Below are positions 8,763 through 17,610 of a DNA stretch of 29,228 nucleotides, in pieces. Numbering within the stretch: position 1 is the stretch's first letter; each line of letters starts with the position of its first letter. The translations under genes were made by a program, and so were the position numbers. The notes below the pieces were generated by a model. The model was not told the origin of the DNA. It saw nothing but the letters and a program-made list of their open reading frames with translations, and did no database searches. This stretch comes from a virus (lineage: Duplodnaviria > Caudoviricetes). The stretch is taken from the IMG/VR virus record IMGVR_UViG_3300034109_000116, positions 1-29,228 of that record, one strand, 5' to 3'.

Positions 8763-11700
8763 TAGTTATTACTTTTTAATGCGTCTAACTCTAACTTAAG
8801 TTCTTGAATAGCCTTCACTAAATATGGAACTAAATAGTCCTGATAATATGATTTTACATCACCTAGTTCATCATCTTTCCAAGAATTAAATACAGCATCT
8901 GGTATTGCTTCTTCAACATTTTGGGCTGTAAATCCTGTCACTGTTCTACTATTTTCTAGTTCTCTACTCCATTTAAATTTGATAGGATTTAACTTCATTA
9001 CCGTGTCAATACCATTTTCAATATCGGCCACTTTTGTTTTTAGACGGGCATCTGAAGTATATGCTGCCCAAGCGTTTGTTCCGTGTTGTAGTTGAACTCC
9101 TCCACCTACGCTAGGGCCTCCTCTCCAAGTAAAATATACCGTTCTACCAGTACCAGTGCTTGAATCAGTTTGTCTAGCATTTTCAAACAAACATTGATTA
9201 ACAGTATCGTTGTACCAAGTAGCTCTAGTATATACACCTGTGCCTGGTCCAAAATTAGTAATAGTACCTATCAAGGCAGTTCCCCCTTGAATATAAAATG
9301 AATCTGATCCATCACATGAAAGTCTAACTGCTTGTGCTGAATTAGAGCCACTATGCAAAAGTATGTCACCTCCAAATCTTGTTTGTCCATTAACTTGCAT
9401 TTGTACAGCTGAAGCAGTAAATCCTGATATAGCACCATTTACCCAAACATATCCATTTGAGGTGATGGTCATTGCATTTTGGTCATTCCTTACATTAAAG
9501 TTAATAGTCTTTCCAACATTAGTATTGTTTGCATTTATAGCAAACTGACTATTATCGTTGTAAAAAACTGCATCGTAGTTTGCAGTTGTAGACCTACCTT
9601 TAAAAGATAAATCTCCAACTGAGGTAATGGTTAGTCTTTGAGCCCCTGCGGTTAAATCAAAAAAGCCTAATGAGCCAGCACCTCCTGTAAAAATGGCAAA
9701 GTTTCTAGCATTACCGTATAAATCTAATGATGCAGCTAAAGAGCCAGCTCCTGAAATAGCTAGAGAGCGAGTTCCAGCATCTCTTTCTGGTGAAGTTGTC
9801 CCAATCCCCACGTTGCCGCTGGAGGCAATAGCCATAGCAGCACTTCCTCCGTTGTTTGTTGAGAATAGTATTTTTTGACTATTTGTTGCTCTAATATTTA
9901 AATCACCTAAAGCAGAGCCAGCAATAATATCGCTTGTTGCTCCAGCAACACCAATCAAAGAATAAGATGTTCCCCCTATTCTGTAATTCATATAAGAAGC
10001 TCCTGACGATGGTGCTATTATAAAACCCTCATTTGCGTTTGTTGTAACACTACTTGAAAAGGTAGCTGCGCCTGTGGAGGCTATAGATAAAGGTGTAATT
10101 ATTGAACCTAAACCATTCCACAATTCAACTGTAAATGTTGTTTGTGCATCAACAGCATTGTTTGGAGTAAAATATAAACCTGAAACTTGAGGTCCCCAAT
10201 TAGATGCTGGGCTTTGATATCTATATCCTTTTTTAGACGCTGTAAGATTATTAATAAGATAATTATCTCCGGCTGTAATAGTATTAGAAAATATAGAAAT
10301 TGTTCCATTTAGCGTACCGGTAAGAGTACCACCAATTAAAGGAAGATATTGACTTAATGAACTTATTGTAGCATAAGTGCTGGATGCAGAAGATGTAGTT
10401 AAATATGTGCTATTATCGTATGTTACTGTAGTTCCATTTACCTTTACAAACCCTGTTCCATTAAGCTGTGCTTGTCCAGTAAACGCTCCTACAGAATAAG
10501 CATAAGCTATGATTTCTAATGCATCGTTTAGTACAGCTGCATTAGTTAAAACTACAGTTGTACCATTAGTAGCTGTATATTCAGAAGATGCTAGCTTAGA
10601 ACCATTGTAAAATACATCTATTAATCCTGGTGTATAACTAACTGTAAAAGTTGTCTGGCCCGCAGTAGCTGTAAAATATGTAACTTGTCTTAATGCATTA
10701 CTAGCCGTAAATGCTGATGTATATTTTACAATATCTACAATGTTATTTACACCAGTTCCAGTACTTAATACAACAGTAGTTCCGTCAGTTGCTGTAAAGT
10801 CAGCTGATGTTAATCTGACACCATTTATAAATACATCCACAAGTCCAACTACATATCCACCTGTTACAGTGAAGGTAGTCTGGGAAGCTGTAGCTGTATA
10901 AGTTTGTATTGTTCTAGCTGAAGGATTGACACCGACTGTCCAAGTACGATCTGCAGTTAAGTCATATGCTTCTCCATTAATTGTTAATGTTCTGGCATTT
11001 GTTACAGGTGTGTAACCAAGAGCAGTAGTAACATCTGTACTGGATAGTGTAATAGCCCCTGTACGAGTATTAAAACTAGTAACACCACCTTGATATTGCG
11101 GTATGTTAAGAACACCTGTAACGTTATCATATGTGGCTGCACCAGACGTACCGGTTGTAGTCAAACTAATTGCTAATCTAGCTCTAGCATCTGTGTAGTA
11201 TAAATTGCCAGATTCAGTAACTTGTGCGGTAGTATAATCTCCAGAAGCGGAAGTAATAGCCCCAGTTCTAGTGTTAAATGATGTAACACCAGAAGCTATT
11301 GTCCATGAACGATCTGCTGATAAATCATAAGTAGTTCCGTTAATTGTAAGAGTACGAGTTTGTGGAACTTTTGTGCCAATAGATGTTGCTACAGTAGTAG
11401 CAAAGTTAGGATCATCTCCAAGAGCAGCCGCTAACTCATTTAAAGTATCTAATGTACCAGGAGCAGCATCTACTAAATTAGAAACCGCTGTGTTTACATA
11501 AGTTTGAGTAGCGTAAGAATTATTTGTAAGATAGGTTCCTACACGTGCGTCCGTGTAGTATAAGTTAGTGCCCTCAGCTAAGTTAGTTGTACTCTTAGCA
11601 GCAAAGGCTGTATCAAATCTTCCTTGTGTGTAATAAAGGTTTGTTCCTTCTACAATGTTTGTAGTTGATGCAGCAACCTTAGTCCATAGACCTGTAGATG

Positions 11701-12976
11701 CTACATATTTAATCATGTCTCCATCTGATGGATTCTTTACAGAAAGATCATGAAGTTCATCTAACTCATATCCATTTTGTACCTTTACAAAAATCTCACC
11801 GTTGTTAGCATTTCTTCGTGTAACAACACCAATAAATACTAAGTGAGCTGGAGCTGAAGGTTTATTAGTTAAGCCATATATTAAATTACCATCTGTTCCT
11901 AACCATACAGGATCACCTGCTGCATTAGCTCCAGTAGTATCTAAACCTGCAAGTAAACCTTCTGTTACAACATTAGCTGTTCCATTTATAGCTACTGTAG
12001 ATTCTAAAAGACCCATTGTCTTACTAGACGTTGCTTCTGTAGCATTAGACGCTTTAGAAACAATCATATTAGTACCATCAGCAGATGATACATATACCGC
12101 TTGTCCTTTAGTAATAGCTTGAGAAGATTTTACTACATGTTTTACTTGACTTGTATAAGAAGCTGCAGGAGCTTCATTTATCCATTGAGCATTATAATCT
12201 GTACCATCCACCTTAGCTAATAATTGACCAGCTACACCACCAACTGGCAATGCAGACCAAGATCTATTAGCTGTAAGGTCATAAGTAACACCATTAATGG
12301 TAAGTGTTCGAGATGTCGGTACACCACCTAAACCATCTAAAGTATATGTTGGTACATTTAATACACCTGTAATAGAACTATATGTAGAAGCTCCTGATGA
12401 ACCAGTTACAGTAAGAGAAATAGCTGCTCTTGCACGAGTATTGGTAAAATAAAGATTTACAGAACCTTCAGGAACTTGATCTGTACTAGTTATAAATCCA
12501 TTATAAATTGGATTGTATACAAATATGTCTAATAGGTCATTAACTACAGCAGGATCTGCTAATGTAAAAGTAGTACCATTAGTTGCTGTAATAGCTGTTG
12601 GTGTAAGCAATACACCATTTAAAAAAACGTCAATGAGTCCTGGAGTATAACCACCTGAGACTGTAAATACAGTTTGACCTGTCGTAGCAGTAATTTGTTG
12701 TAAAGCTCTAATAGCTCCAACACCAGAAGCTGATACTGATAAAACACCTGTTCCATCAATAGCCAAACCACTACCTACTTTAACGCCACCAAGAGTAACA
12801 CCTGACGCAATTGGTAAAGAATATGGTGTAACAAACCCTCTAACCCAAGCGGTTGTGGCCAACTTAGTAGAGTTATCGTTAGCATCTGGAGTCTGACCTG
12901 TAGCTGTGTTATTAAATGTAACTACACCATCTACTACCAGACCAGCTTTAGCTAGTACGTCAGATAGAAATTTCAT
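8762..12976 (-). CDS. Large multi-domain tail fibre, probable hub fibre, with C-terminal S74-like chaperone
   Basis: 1404 aa; three ATxxQTxFTV...DVFxNGxxL...TATxGTT domains (about 12515-12712, 10721-10918, 10502-10693); four NLY(Y/F)T..R repeats; APGTLDTLNELAAALGDDPNFA; three RTLTING..YDL.A.R.W repeats; SDARLK...GFTAQ..E...LVKAIQEL at about 8762-9055. Confidence 0.88.
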   Translation of the reverse strand: MKFLSDVLAKAGLVVDGVVTFNNTATGQTPDANDNSTKLATTAWVRGFVTPYSLPIASGVTLGGVKVGSGLAIDGTGVLSVSASGVGAIRALQQITATTGQTVFTVSGGYTPGLIDVFLNGVLLTPTAITATNGTTFTLADPAVVNDLLDIFVYNPIYNGFITSTDQVPEGSVNLYFTNTRARAAISLTVTGSSGASTYSSITGVLNVPTYTLDGLGGVPTSRTLTINGVTYDLTANRSWSALPVGGVAGQLLAKVDGTDYNAQWINEAPAASYTSQVKHVVKSSQAITKGQAVYVSSADGTNMIVSKASNATEATSSKTMGLLESTVAINGTANVVTEGLLAGLDTTGANAAGDPVWLGTDGNLIYGLTNKPSAPAHLVFIGVVTRRNANNGEIFVKVQNGYELDELHDLSVKNPSDGDMIKYVASTGLWTKVAASTTNIVEGTNLYYTQGRFDTAFAAKSTTNLAEGTNLYYTDARVGTYLTNNSYATQTYVNTAVSNLVDAAPGTLDTLNELAAALGDDPNFATTVATSIGTKVPQTRTLTINGTTYDLSADRSWTIASGVTSFNTRTGAITSASGDYTTAQVTESGNLYYTDARARLAISLTTTGTSGAATYDNVTGVLNIPQYQGGVTSFNTRTGAITLSSTDVTTALGYTPVTNARTLTINGEAYDLTADRTWTVGVNPSARTIQTYTATASQTTFTVTGGYVVGLVDVFINGVRLTSADFTATDGTTVVLSTGTGVNNIVDIVKYTSAFTASNALRQVTYFTATAGQTTFTVSYTPGLIDVFYNGSKLASSEYTATNGTTVVLTNAAVLNDALEIIAYAYSVGAFTGQAQLNGTGFVKVNGTTVTYDNSTYLTTSSASSTYATISSLSQYLPLIGGTLTGTLNGTISIFSNTITAGDNYLINNLTASKKGYRYQSPASNWGPQVSGLYFTPNNAVDAQTTFTVELWNGLGSIITPLSIASTGAATFSSSVTTNANEGFIIAPSSGASYMNYRIGGTSYSLIGVAGATSDIIAGSALGDLNIRATNSQKILFSTNNGGSAAMAIASSGNVGIGTTSPERDAGTRSLAISGAGSLAASLDLYGNARNFAIFTGGAGSLGFFDLTAGAQRLTITSVGDLSFKGRSTTANYDAVFYNDNSQFAINANNTNVGKTINFNVRNDQNAMTITSNGYVWVNGAISGFTASAVQMQVNGQTRFGGDILLHSGSNSAQAVRLSCDGSDSFYIQGGTALIGTITNFGPGTGVYTRATWYNDTVNQCLFENARQTDSSTGTGRTVYFTWRGGPSVGGGVQLQHGTNAWAAYTSDARLKTKVADIENGIDTVMKLNPIKFKWSRELENSRTVTGFTAQNVEEAIPDAVFNSWKDDELGDVKSYYQDYLVPYLVKAIQELKLELDALKSNN
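9458..9472. repeat. 15-bp exact repeat TGAGGTGATGGTCAT, copy 2 (copy 1 at 7026-7040)
   Basis: Direct comparison of the two positions. Confidence 0.85.
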
Positions 12977-12986
12977 TTAGATTTTA

Positions 12987-14198
12987 TTATTTTTTGATGA
13001 TTACACGATACGCATTAGCTGAAGGAGCTACAGCAAAACTTACAGTTACTGTGTTAGCATCTGTAATTACTACATCTGTAAATACTTCTTCCAATGTTGT
13101 ATTATCTTTAATCATCACAATTACATCAATAGTGTTTAGGCCATGAGATAGAGCATATGAAGTACCTGCTCCACCAATGTTTGCTGCATAACCACCAGTT
13201 CTGTTATCTAATAAAGTTTTTAATTTAAGCGGAGTAACGATTCTAGCATCATCTGTACCTCCATCAGTCTCTGCTTGTGTTGCAATTTCTGCAATACCTG
13301 TACGAGTTTCTGTAGCTGTTCTAGAAGATAATGCTGCAGGAGTTACTGCTTTATTTGCATCTGTACCAGTTTGTGTTTCTGCGTTTGTGGCAAGAAATAC
13401 AAGACCTAAAATAGTTGTAGTGGCTTGATCTCTATTTACCTCTAATTGAATCCAATCAGCAGCAGAAGAAGTAGACGCATTATTAACTTTGGCAACAATT
13501 ACATCACCTACGTTAAATGCTACACTGCCTGTTGTTCCTGCTACAGATACATACCAGTAATCGCCAGCTTTAGTGCCAGCAACTGGGCTTGATCCTACAG
13601 GAAATGAACCAATAGATGCATCCCAAGCTCCTTCTAGATTACCTAAACTACCTACGTTGGCATCAATATAAGTTTTGATTGCTGTAGATGTGGCAAGTGT
13701 AGTAGAACTAGAGTTAGCCATATCTGTAATAATGGTAACTTCAGCTGGATTAGCAGTAGCTCCAGATACGTTACCAATTACTCTTAGATTGGCAATCTGT
13801 TGTAACTTATCAAAAGTTACAGCATTGGCATTAATCTTAATTGTTGTAACTGCAGAATCTGCTAGTTTACCAGTAGTAATACCAAGATCTTTAACTCTAA
13901 GACTATCAGAGTTAATTTCAATTGTAGCATTATCTACGTTTACATCTAATGTAATTACATCTCCATTAGCAGATGTAGATGCCGTAAGACCAGAACCACC
14001 AAGAACATCTTGGATGTCTCCTGACATGTCCACCCATTGGGTACCATCCCAGAAAAACATTCTTAAAACTGAAGGAGTAGTGTCAAAATAGATTTGACCA
14101 ACTACTGGACTAGACGGTGGACCAACTTTGTTGTGTACCGCTACGTTTAAAATCTGGTTTTGCGTTAGATCCAGATTGGTTAAAAACTTTTTAGACAT
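12987..14198 (-). CDS. Short or proximal tail fibre-like protein
   Basis: 403 aa; KLADSAVTTIKINANAVT repeats; two AT..E...GTD....VTP repeats of the T4 gp34/gp12 type (ATETRTGIAEIATQAETDGGTDDARIVTP); C-terminal HGLNT beta-sandwich domain. Confidence 0.8.
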   Translation of the reverse strand: MSKKFLTNLDLTQNQILNVAVHNKVGPPSSPVVGQIYFDTTPSVLRMFFWDGTQWVDMSGDIQDVLGGSGLTASTSANGDVITLDVNVDNATIEINSDSLRVKDLGITTGKLADSAVTTIKINANAVTFDKLQQIANLRVIGNVSGATANPAEVTIITDMANSSSTTLATSTAIKTYIDANVGSLGNLEGAWDASIGSFPVGSSPVAGTKAGDYWYVSVAGTTGSVAFNVGDVIVAKVNNASTSSAADWIQLEVNRDQATTTILGLVFLATNAETQTGTDANKAVTPAALSSRTATETRTGIAEIATQAETDGGTDDARIVTPLKLKTLLDNRTGGYAANIGGAGTSYALSHGLNTIDVIVMIKDNTTLEEVFTDVVITDANTVTVSFAVAPSANAYRVIIKK

Positions 14199-14214
14199 AG
14201 TATTTATATTATAA

Positions 14215-14742
14215 TTAGTTCACAAATGCTTTTCCACTGAATGGTGCAGAAAATTTAACTACTAAAGAATTAGCATTGGTATACTGAACTTCTCCAATAA
14301 CTTCTTCATTACTAGAATCAACTACAGAAACAGATGGGTATTTATTTAAATTATGAGTAATGTTCCACGTGGAAGATGATACTGTTTGATTATGAATATG
14401 AGAAAATTTATATGTCTCTTGTATAGAAAGTGTATCTCTGTACGTAAGAATAATTGTTCTATTTTCATTATCAGCAGTTACTGTAATATCAACTACAGTT
14501 TTATTAAAAGCTTCAGCTATTTGAGCTATTTGAGTAGAAGAAATACTTACTTGATCCCATTGATTACCATCCCAAGAAAATACTAATTGAAGTGTAGTGT
14601 CATATACAATAATACCAGCATCATTAGAATTATATCCAGATGCCAAAGCATTTCTTTCTGCAGTAGTTACAGGTTGTAACTTAGCATTAAGAATACTATT
14701 CTTATTAAAATCATAATCTACGTATATCTTCTGTAATGCCAT
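14215..14742 (-). CDS. Tail-associated structural protein
   Basis: 175 aa; TTAERNAL...GIIVYDTT...WDG..W motif typical of fibre anchor regions; C-terminal W.ITHNLNKYPSV.V.D domain shared with both neighbours. Confidence 0.7.
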   Translation of the reverse strand: MALQKIYVDYDFNKNSILNAKLQPVTTAERNALASGYNSNDAGIIVYDTTLQLVFSWDGNQWDQVSISSTQIAQIAEAFNKTVVDITVTADNENRTIILTYRDTLSIQETYKFSHIHNQTVSSSTWNITHNLNKYPSVSVVDSSNEEVIGEVQYTNANSLVVKFSAPFSGKAFVN

Positions 14743-15365
14743 TATGATAAGTATGCTCTACCTGCTACAGCTTGATTAAAATAAATTTTTAGCCTATTGT
14801 TATCTATATTTTCAATAACACCTTTTATATCAGTACCAGTTAAATCTTCTGTTCTTACATTTGGTGCTAAATTCATACCATGAACAATATCCCAAACTGT
14901 TGAAGGAGTTTGTTGTGTAAATACAAATGAACTATTTTGACTAATTGTAATAGCCGGGTTTAAATTAATTCTAGTCAAACAACCTCCAGAATTTACCTCT
15001 ATAATGTTTTGTGTCCCATTACCATACGTATAACCTACACCAACTTGTTGTGGTCCTGTAGCACTGTTTGATTTATAATAACCAGGACCCCAAATATCAT
15101 AACTAGTATCGTATTGTACAGAAGTATCATTTCTGTAACTAATTGGTAACCAGGTTGTATAATTGATATTAGTTTGAGATAAAGCTCCTTCATCTTCAAT
15201 AGCTTGCCAATCTACTATCTGCTTTCTCATTTCAATAAGATCGTCATCAAGATCAGGTCTGCATGAGTCAATACCATAACGCATTTTTTTACAAATTCTA
15301 CTTAAAGAATCTGCAAACTGCTTATAGTGTTTTTCTTTTTTAGAGAGAAGGTTTCTCATTTTCAC
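14742..15365 (-). CDS. Tail-associated structural protein
   Basis: 207 aa (start may be the second Met at 15359); C-terminal Q.TPS.VW.I.HGMN..P.V domain paralogous to the next gene; TAATG coupling to that gene. Confidence 0.7.
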   Translation of the reverse strand: MKMRNLLSKKEKHYKQFADSLSRICKKMRYGIDSCRPDLDDDLIEMRKQIVDWQAIEDEGALSQTNINYTTWLPISYRNDTSVQYDTSYDIWGPGYYKSNSATGPQQVGVGYTYGNGTQNIIEVNSGGCLTRINLNPAITISQNSSFVFTQQTPSTVWDIVHGMNLAPNVRTEDLTGTDIKGVIENIDNNRLKIYFNQAVAGRAYLS

Positions 15366-15537
15366 TATTTGTTTTAGAAGATGATGATATGTTTTGGAGA
15401 GAAGCTGAAAAATTATTTAAAATAATTTGAGCTTCATAGCTTCCAATACAATTAGCACAAACTCTTACACCGTTTGAAGCTATTCTGTCTTGGCATCCAC
15501 ATGTAATTGTGGTTCCGCAATTTGTACAAGTTCTCAT
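15340..15537 (-). CDS. Small six-cysteine putative metal-binding protein
   Basis: 65 aa; CxxC-x5-CxC-x11-CxxC within the first 30 residues; same strand as neighbours, fills the gap, AAACCAA leader. Confidence 0.7.
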   Translation of the reverse strand: MRTCTNCGTTITCGCQDRIASNGVRVCANCIGSYEAQIILNNFSASLQNISSSSKTNSENEKPSL

Positions 15538-15566
15538 ATATGTTGGTTTTTTATGAAATCTTTATT

Positions 15567-16112
15567 TTACGCACACTCTGTAGTATACTTATTTAATCTT
15601 TTTTGAGCATACATTAATAGTTCCATACCAGCAGATGGTTCATGGCAATATTCTACTTTAGCTTTAGCGGCATCAATAAAACTTTTGATTAGACGCAACT
15701 CTTCAAGCTTTTCTTTAACGTCAGCATCTGGTTCACAGGCTGCCATTTCTAAATCACAAAGTAAGTTAAAATATTTATTTGTTGTTTGTGTAGTTCTCAA
15801 ATGATTATATTCTACAAAAACATTTGTATTAGGACTAACAGAATAGTTAATCACATAAATACCATCAGGTAATGGTTGTGATGCTTCTGCACATCCGGTA
15901 CGTTGTAGTCCTAAACTACACGCATTTAAGACAATGTTAAAGTTAGGTAGAACTTCAATTCCTACAGGTAGGTTAAACCCAGGAGAAGTGATTCTTAGTG
16001 ATCCACAATCTACAGGCAAGCTTGTTGCATATATACTTGTGTCAAAAAGACGCAATACCTTAATATTGTTTGTGTCAGGAAGCTCTAAACTTAGCTGGTG
16101 TTTGCTTGCCAT
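15567..16112 (-). CDS. Hypothetical virion or tail protein
   Basis: 181 aa; beta-rich N-half with LPDGIY motif, helical C-half, seven Cys; first gene after the terminator and candidate promoter. Confidence 0.65.
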   Translation of the reverse strand: MASKHQLSLELPDTNNIKVLRLFDTSIYATSLPVDCGSLRITSPGFNLPVGIEVLPNFNIVLNACSLGLQRTGCAEASQPLPDGIYVINYSVSPNTNVFVEYNHLRTTQTTNKYFNLLCDLEMAACEPDADVKEKLEELRLIKSFIDAAKAKVEYCHEPSAGMELLMYAQKRLNKYTTECA

Positions 16113-16164
16113 AGCTGTAAACTTTAAATATTTATGTAGATCAGAGAATACAAGTTCTCAATAA

Positions 16165-16172
16165 TAATATAC
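16165..16172 (-). promoter_or_regulatory. Candidate late-promoter element GTATATTA
   Basis: The same octamer is at 22990-22997; both copies lie in long intergenic gaps, this one just downstream of a terminator where re-initiation would be needed. Confidence 0.4.
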
Positions 16173-16192
16173 TAATTTTTAGGGACATGTCC

Positions 16193-16228
16193 AAAAACAA
16201 AAAGGGAGGGACGTGTGTCCTCTCCCTT
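16193..16228 (-). terminator. Rho-independent terminator ending the head-gene transcript
   Basis: Minus strand AAGGGAG-A-GGAC ACAC GTCC-CTCCCTT followed by TTTGTTTTT, 22 nt after the stop at 16251. Confidence 0.85.
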
Positions 16229-16250
16229 AGTGTTTATAAACTAACTATCC

Positions 16251-17606
16251 TTAAACAGTCTCTAGAGCAACAGCGTTTCCAGCAGAAGTTGTACTAGATA
16301 CAATGAAGTTAGTAATTGAATCAGTGTTAGTACCAGCAGGTACGTGAATCACGATCAAATACTGATCATTGTCAAAAGTACTAGTAGGATTGTTAAAACG
16401 AGGAACATTGTGCAAGATCAAAACTTGATCATACAAAGCCGTTCTAGTTACAGCTGCCAAAGCTGGATCAGCTTCAATCTCACGCATACGTAAACTATCT
16501 ACGCGAGAGCTATCAGGATATGCATTTTGCAAATAACGTCCATCAAGGATCAATTCACGAAGTACAGTTTCTCCAAGACCAGATGCTTGCTTAGGAGCTT
16601 GAATCTCTGCAGATACAAAACCATTTACAGCACAAGGATCACCAGACTCATCTACAAAAGAAGTGTAGATAAACAATGGCTCAAGACCATAAAAATCAGT
16701 TGGAGTGAAAGTACAAGTACCAAAAGTAGTTTCAACATAAGCAGCAGTAATTTCTAGGTGAGAATCTACAGCAGCAATGTTATTAGCTACAGTTTGAGGA
16801 GAATAAGTACCAGTTGCAACTTCAGTAAAAATTGCAGCGTTACCATCTGCAGAATTTACAGCAGCTTTGCTCAACACAACGTTTGCGTTACCAGAACCAG
16901 CTGAATCAGCTGCTCCAACAGAAACTACCAAAGAGTTTGGTGCCAAAGAAGCATGAACTACTTTCTCACCAGCTTGGAAAAGAGCTGCATCAGCGTTAGC
17001 TACAACAATAGTTGCAGAAGCTGCAGTTGGGTTAATTGCTACAGAAGCAGTAGTTCTGTTCCATACCTTAGCTACTACAAAGTCTTTCAACAATGGAGCT
17101 TCATTAATTTGATCTTTCCACTTAAGCAAGATCACGTTCTGATCTACTGTGTTAGTAGTACCAGCAACAGTATCACAACCACTGTGAGCATCTAGAGTTT
17201 TGTAAAGATTGTGGCTCAAAAAACGAAGAGCTGGAGAACCTTTGATGTCTAGACGTAGACGATAAGTAGTGTCACTGTTAATTGTAGCTGCAGAAGGATC
17301 TACAGAAACAATCTGATTTTGTGCAACGTCAGAAGTTACTTTAATAAGACGACTAACATACTTAGGGTTAATCACTTTAGACTTCTTAGACTCTTTGTAT
17401 CCACCATGAACGGGACCAATTTTGTCAGAAGCAAAGCGGCTACCTTCAGCCAAAATAAATGGAGCAGCCTGAGCAGATACTACTTGGAAAGTTTTGGCAT
17501 CAAAGAAACCAATCTGTCCAGCAGACAAAGCAGCAGTTGATCCTGAGCTAGCAAGTGTAGTGCTAGCAGGCAAGAATGACTTGCGAAATGCATTAGGAAA
17601 ATACAT
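16251..17606 (-). CDS. Abundant virion protein, probable auxiliary capsid protein (crAss-like)
   Basis: 451 aa, Ala/Ser/Thr-rich; position in the crAss-like capsid module; C-ending codon usage resembling the capsid gene; shares a leader motif with the capsid gene; followed by a terminator. Confidence 0.6.
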   Translation of the reverse strand: MYFPNAFRKSFLPASTTLASSGSTAALSAGQIGFFDAKTFQVVSAQAAPFILAEGSRFASDKIGPVHGGYKESKKSKVINPKYVSRLIKVTSDVAQNQIVSVDPSAATINSDTTYRLRLDIKGSPALRFLSHNLYKTLDAHSGCDTVAGTTNTVDQNVILLKWKDQINEAPLLKDFVVAKVWNRTTASVAINPTAASATIVVANADAALFQAGEKVVHASLAPNSLVVSVGAADSAGSGNANVVLSKAAVNSADGNAAIFTEVATGTYSPQTVANNIAAVDSHLEITAAYVETTFGTCTFTPTDFYGLEPLFIYTSFVDESGDPCAVNGFVSAEIQAPKQASGLGETVLRELILDGRYLQNAYPDSSRVDSLRMREIEADPALAAVTRTALYDQVLILHNVPRFNNPTSTFDNDQYLIVIHVPAGTNTDSITNFIVSSTTSAGNAVALETV

Positions 17607-17610
17607 AATT

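Noticed and set aside
265-12976. Diversity-generating retroelement or invertase shufflon acting on the fibres
   Set aside because: No reverse transcriptase or recombinase gene, no long near-identical repeat pair differing at adenines seen, and no inverted cassettes in this window.
15330-15365. Programmed frameshift at the 26-nt overlap (A-run near 15333-15341)
   Set aside because: The A-run is not in slippery-heptamer phase and the downstream gene has its own ATG codons.
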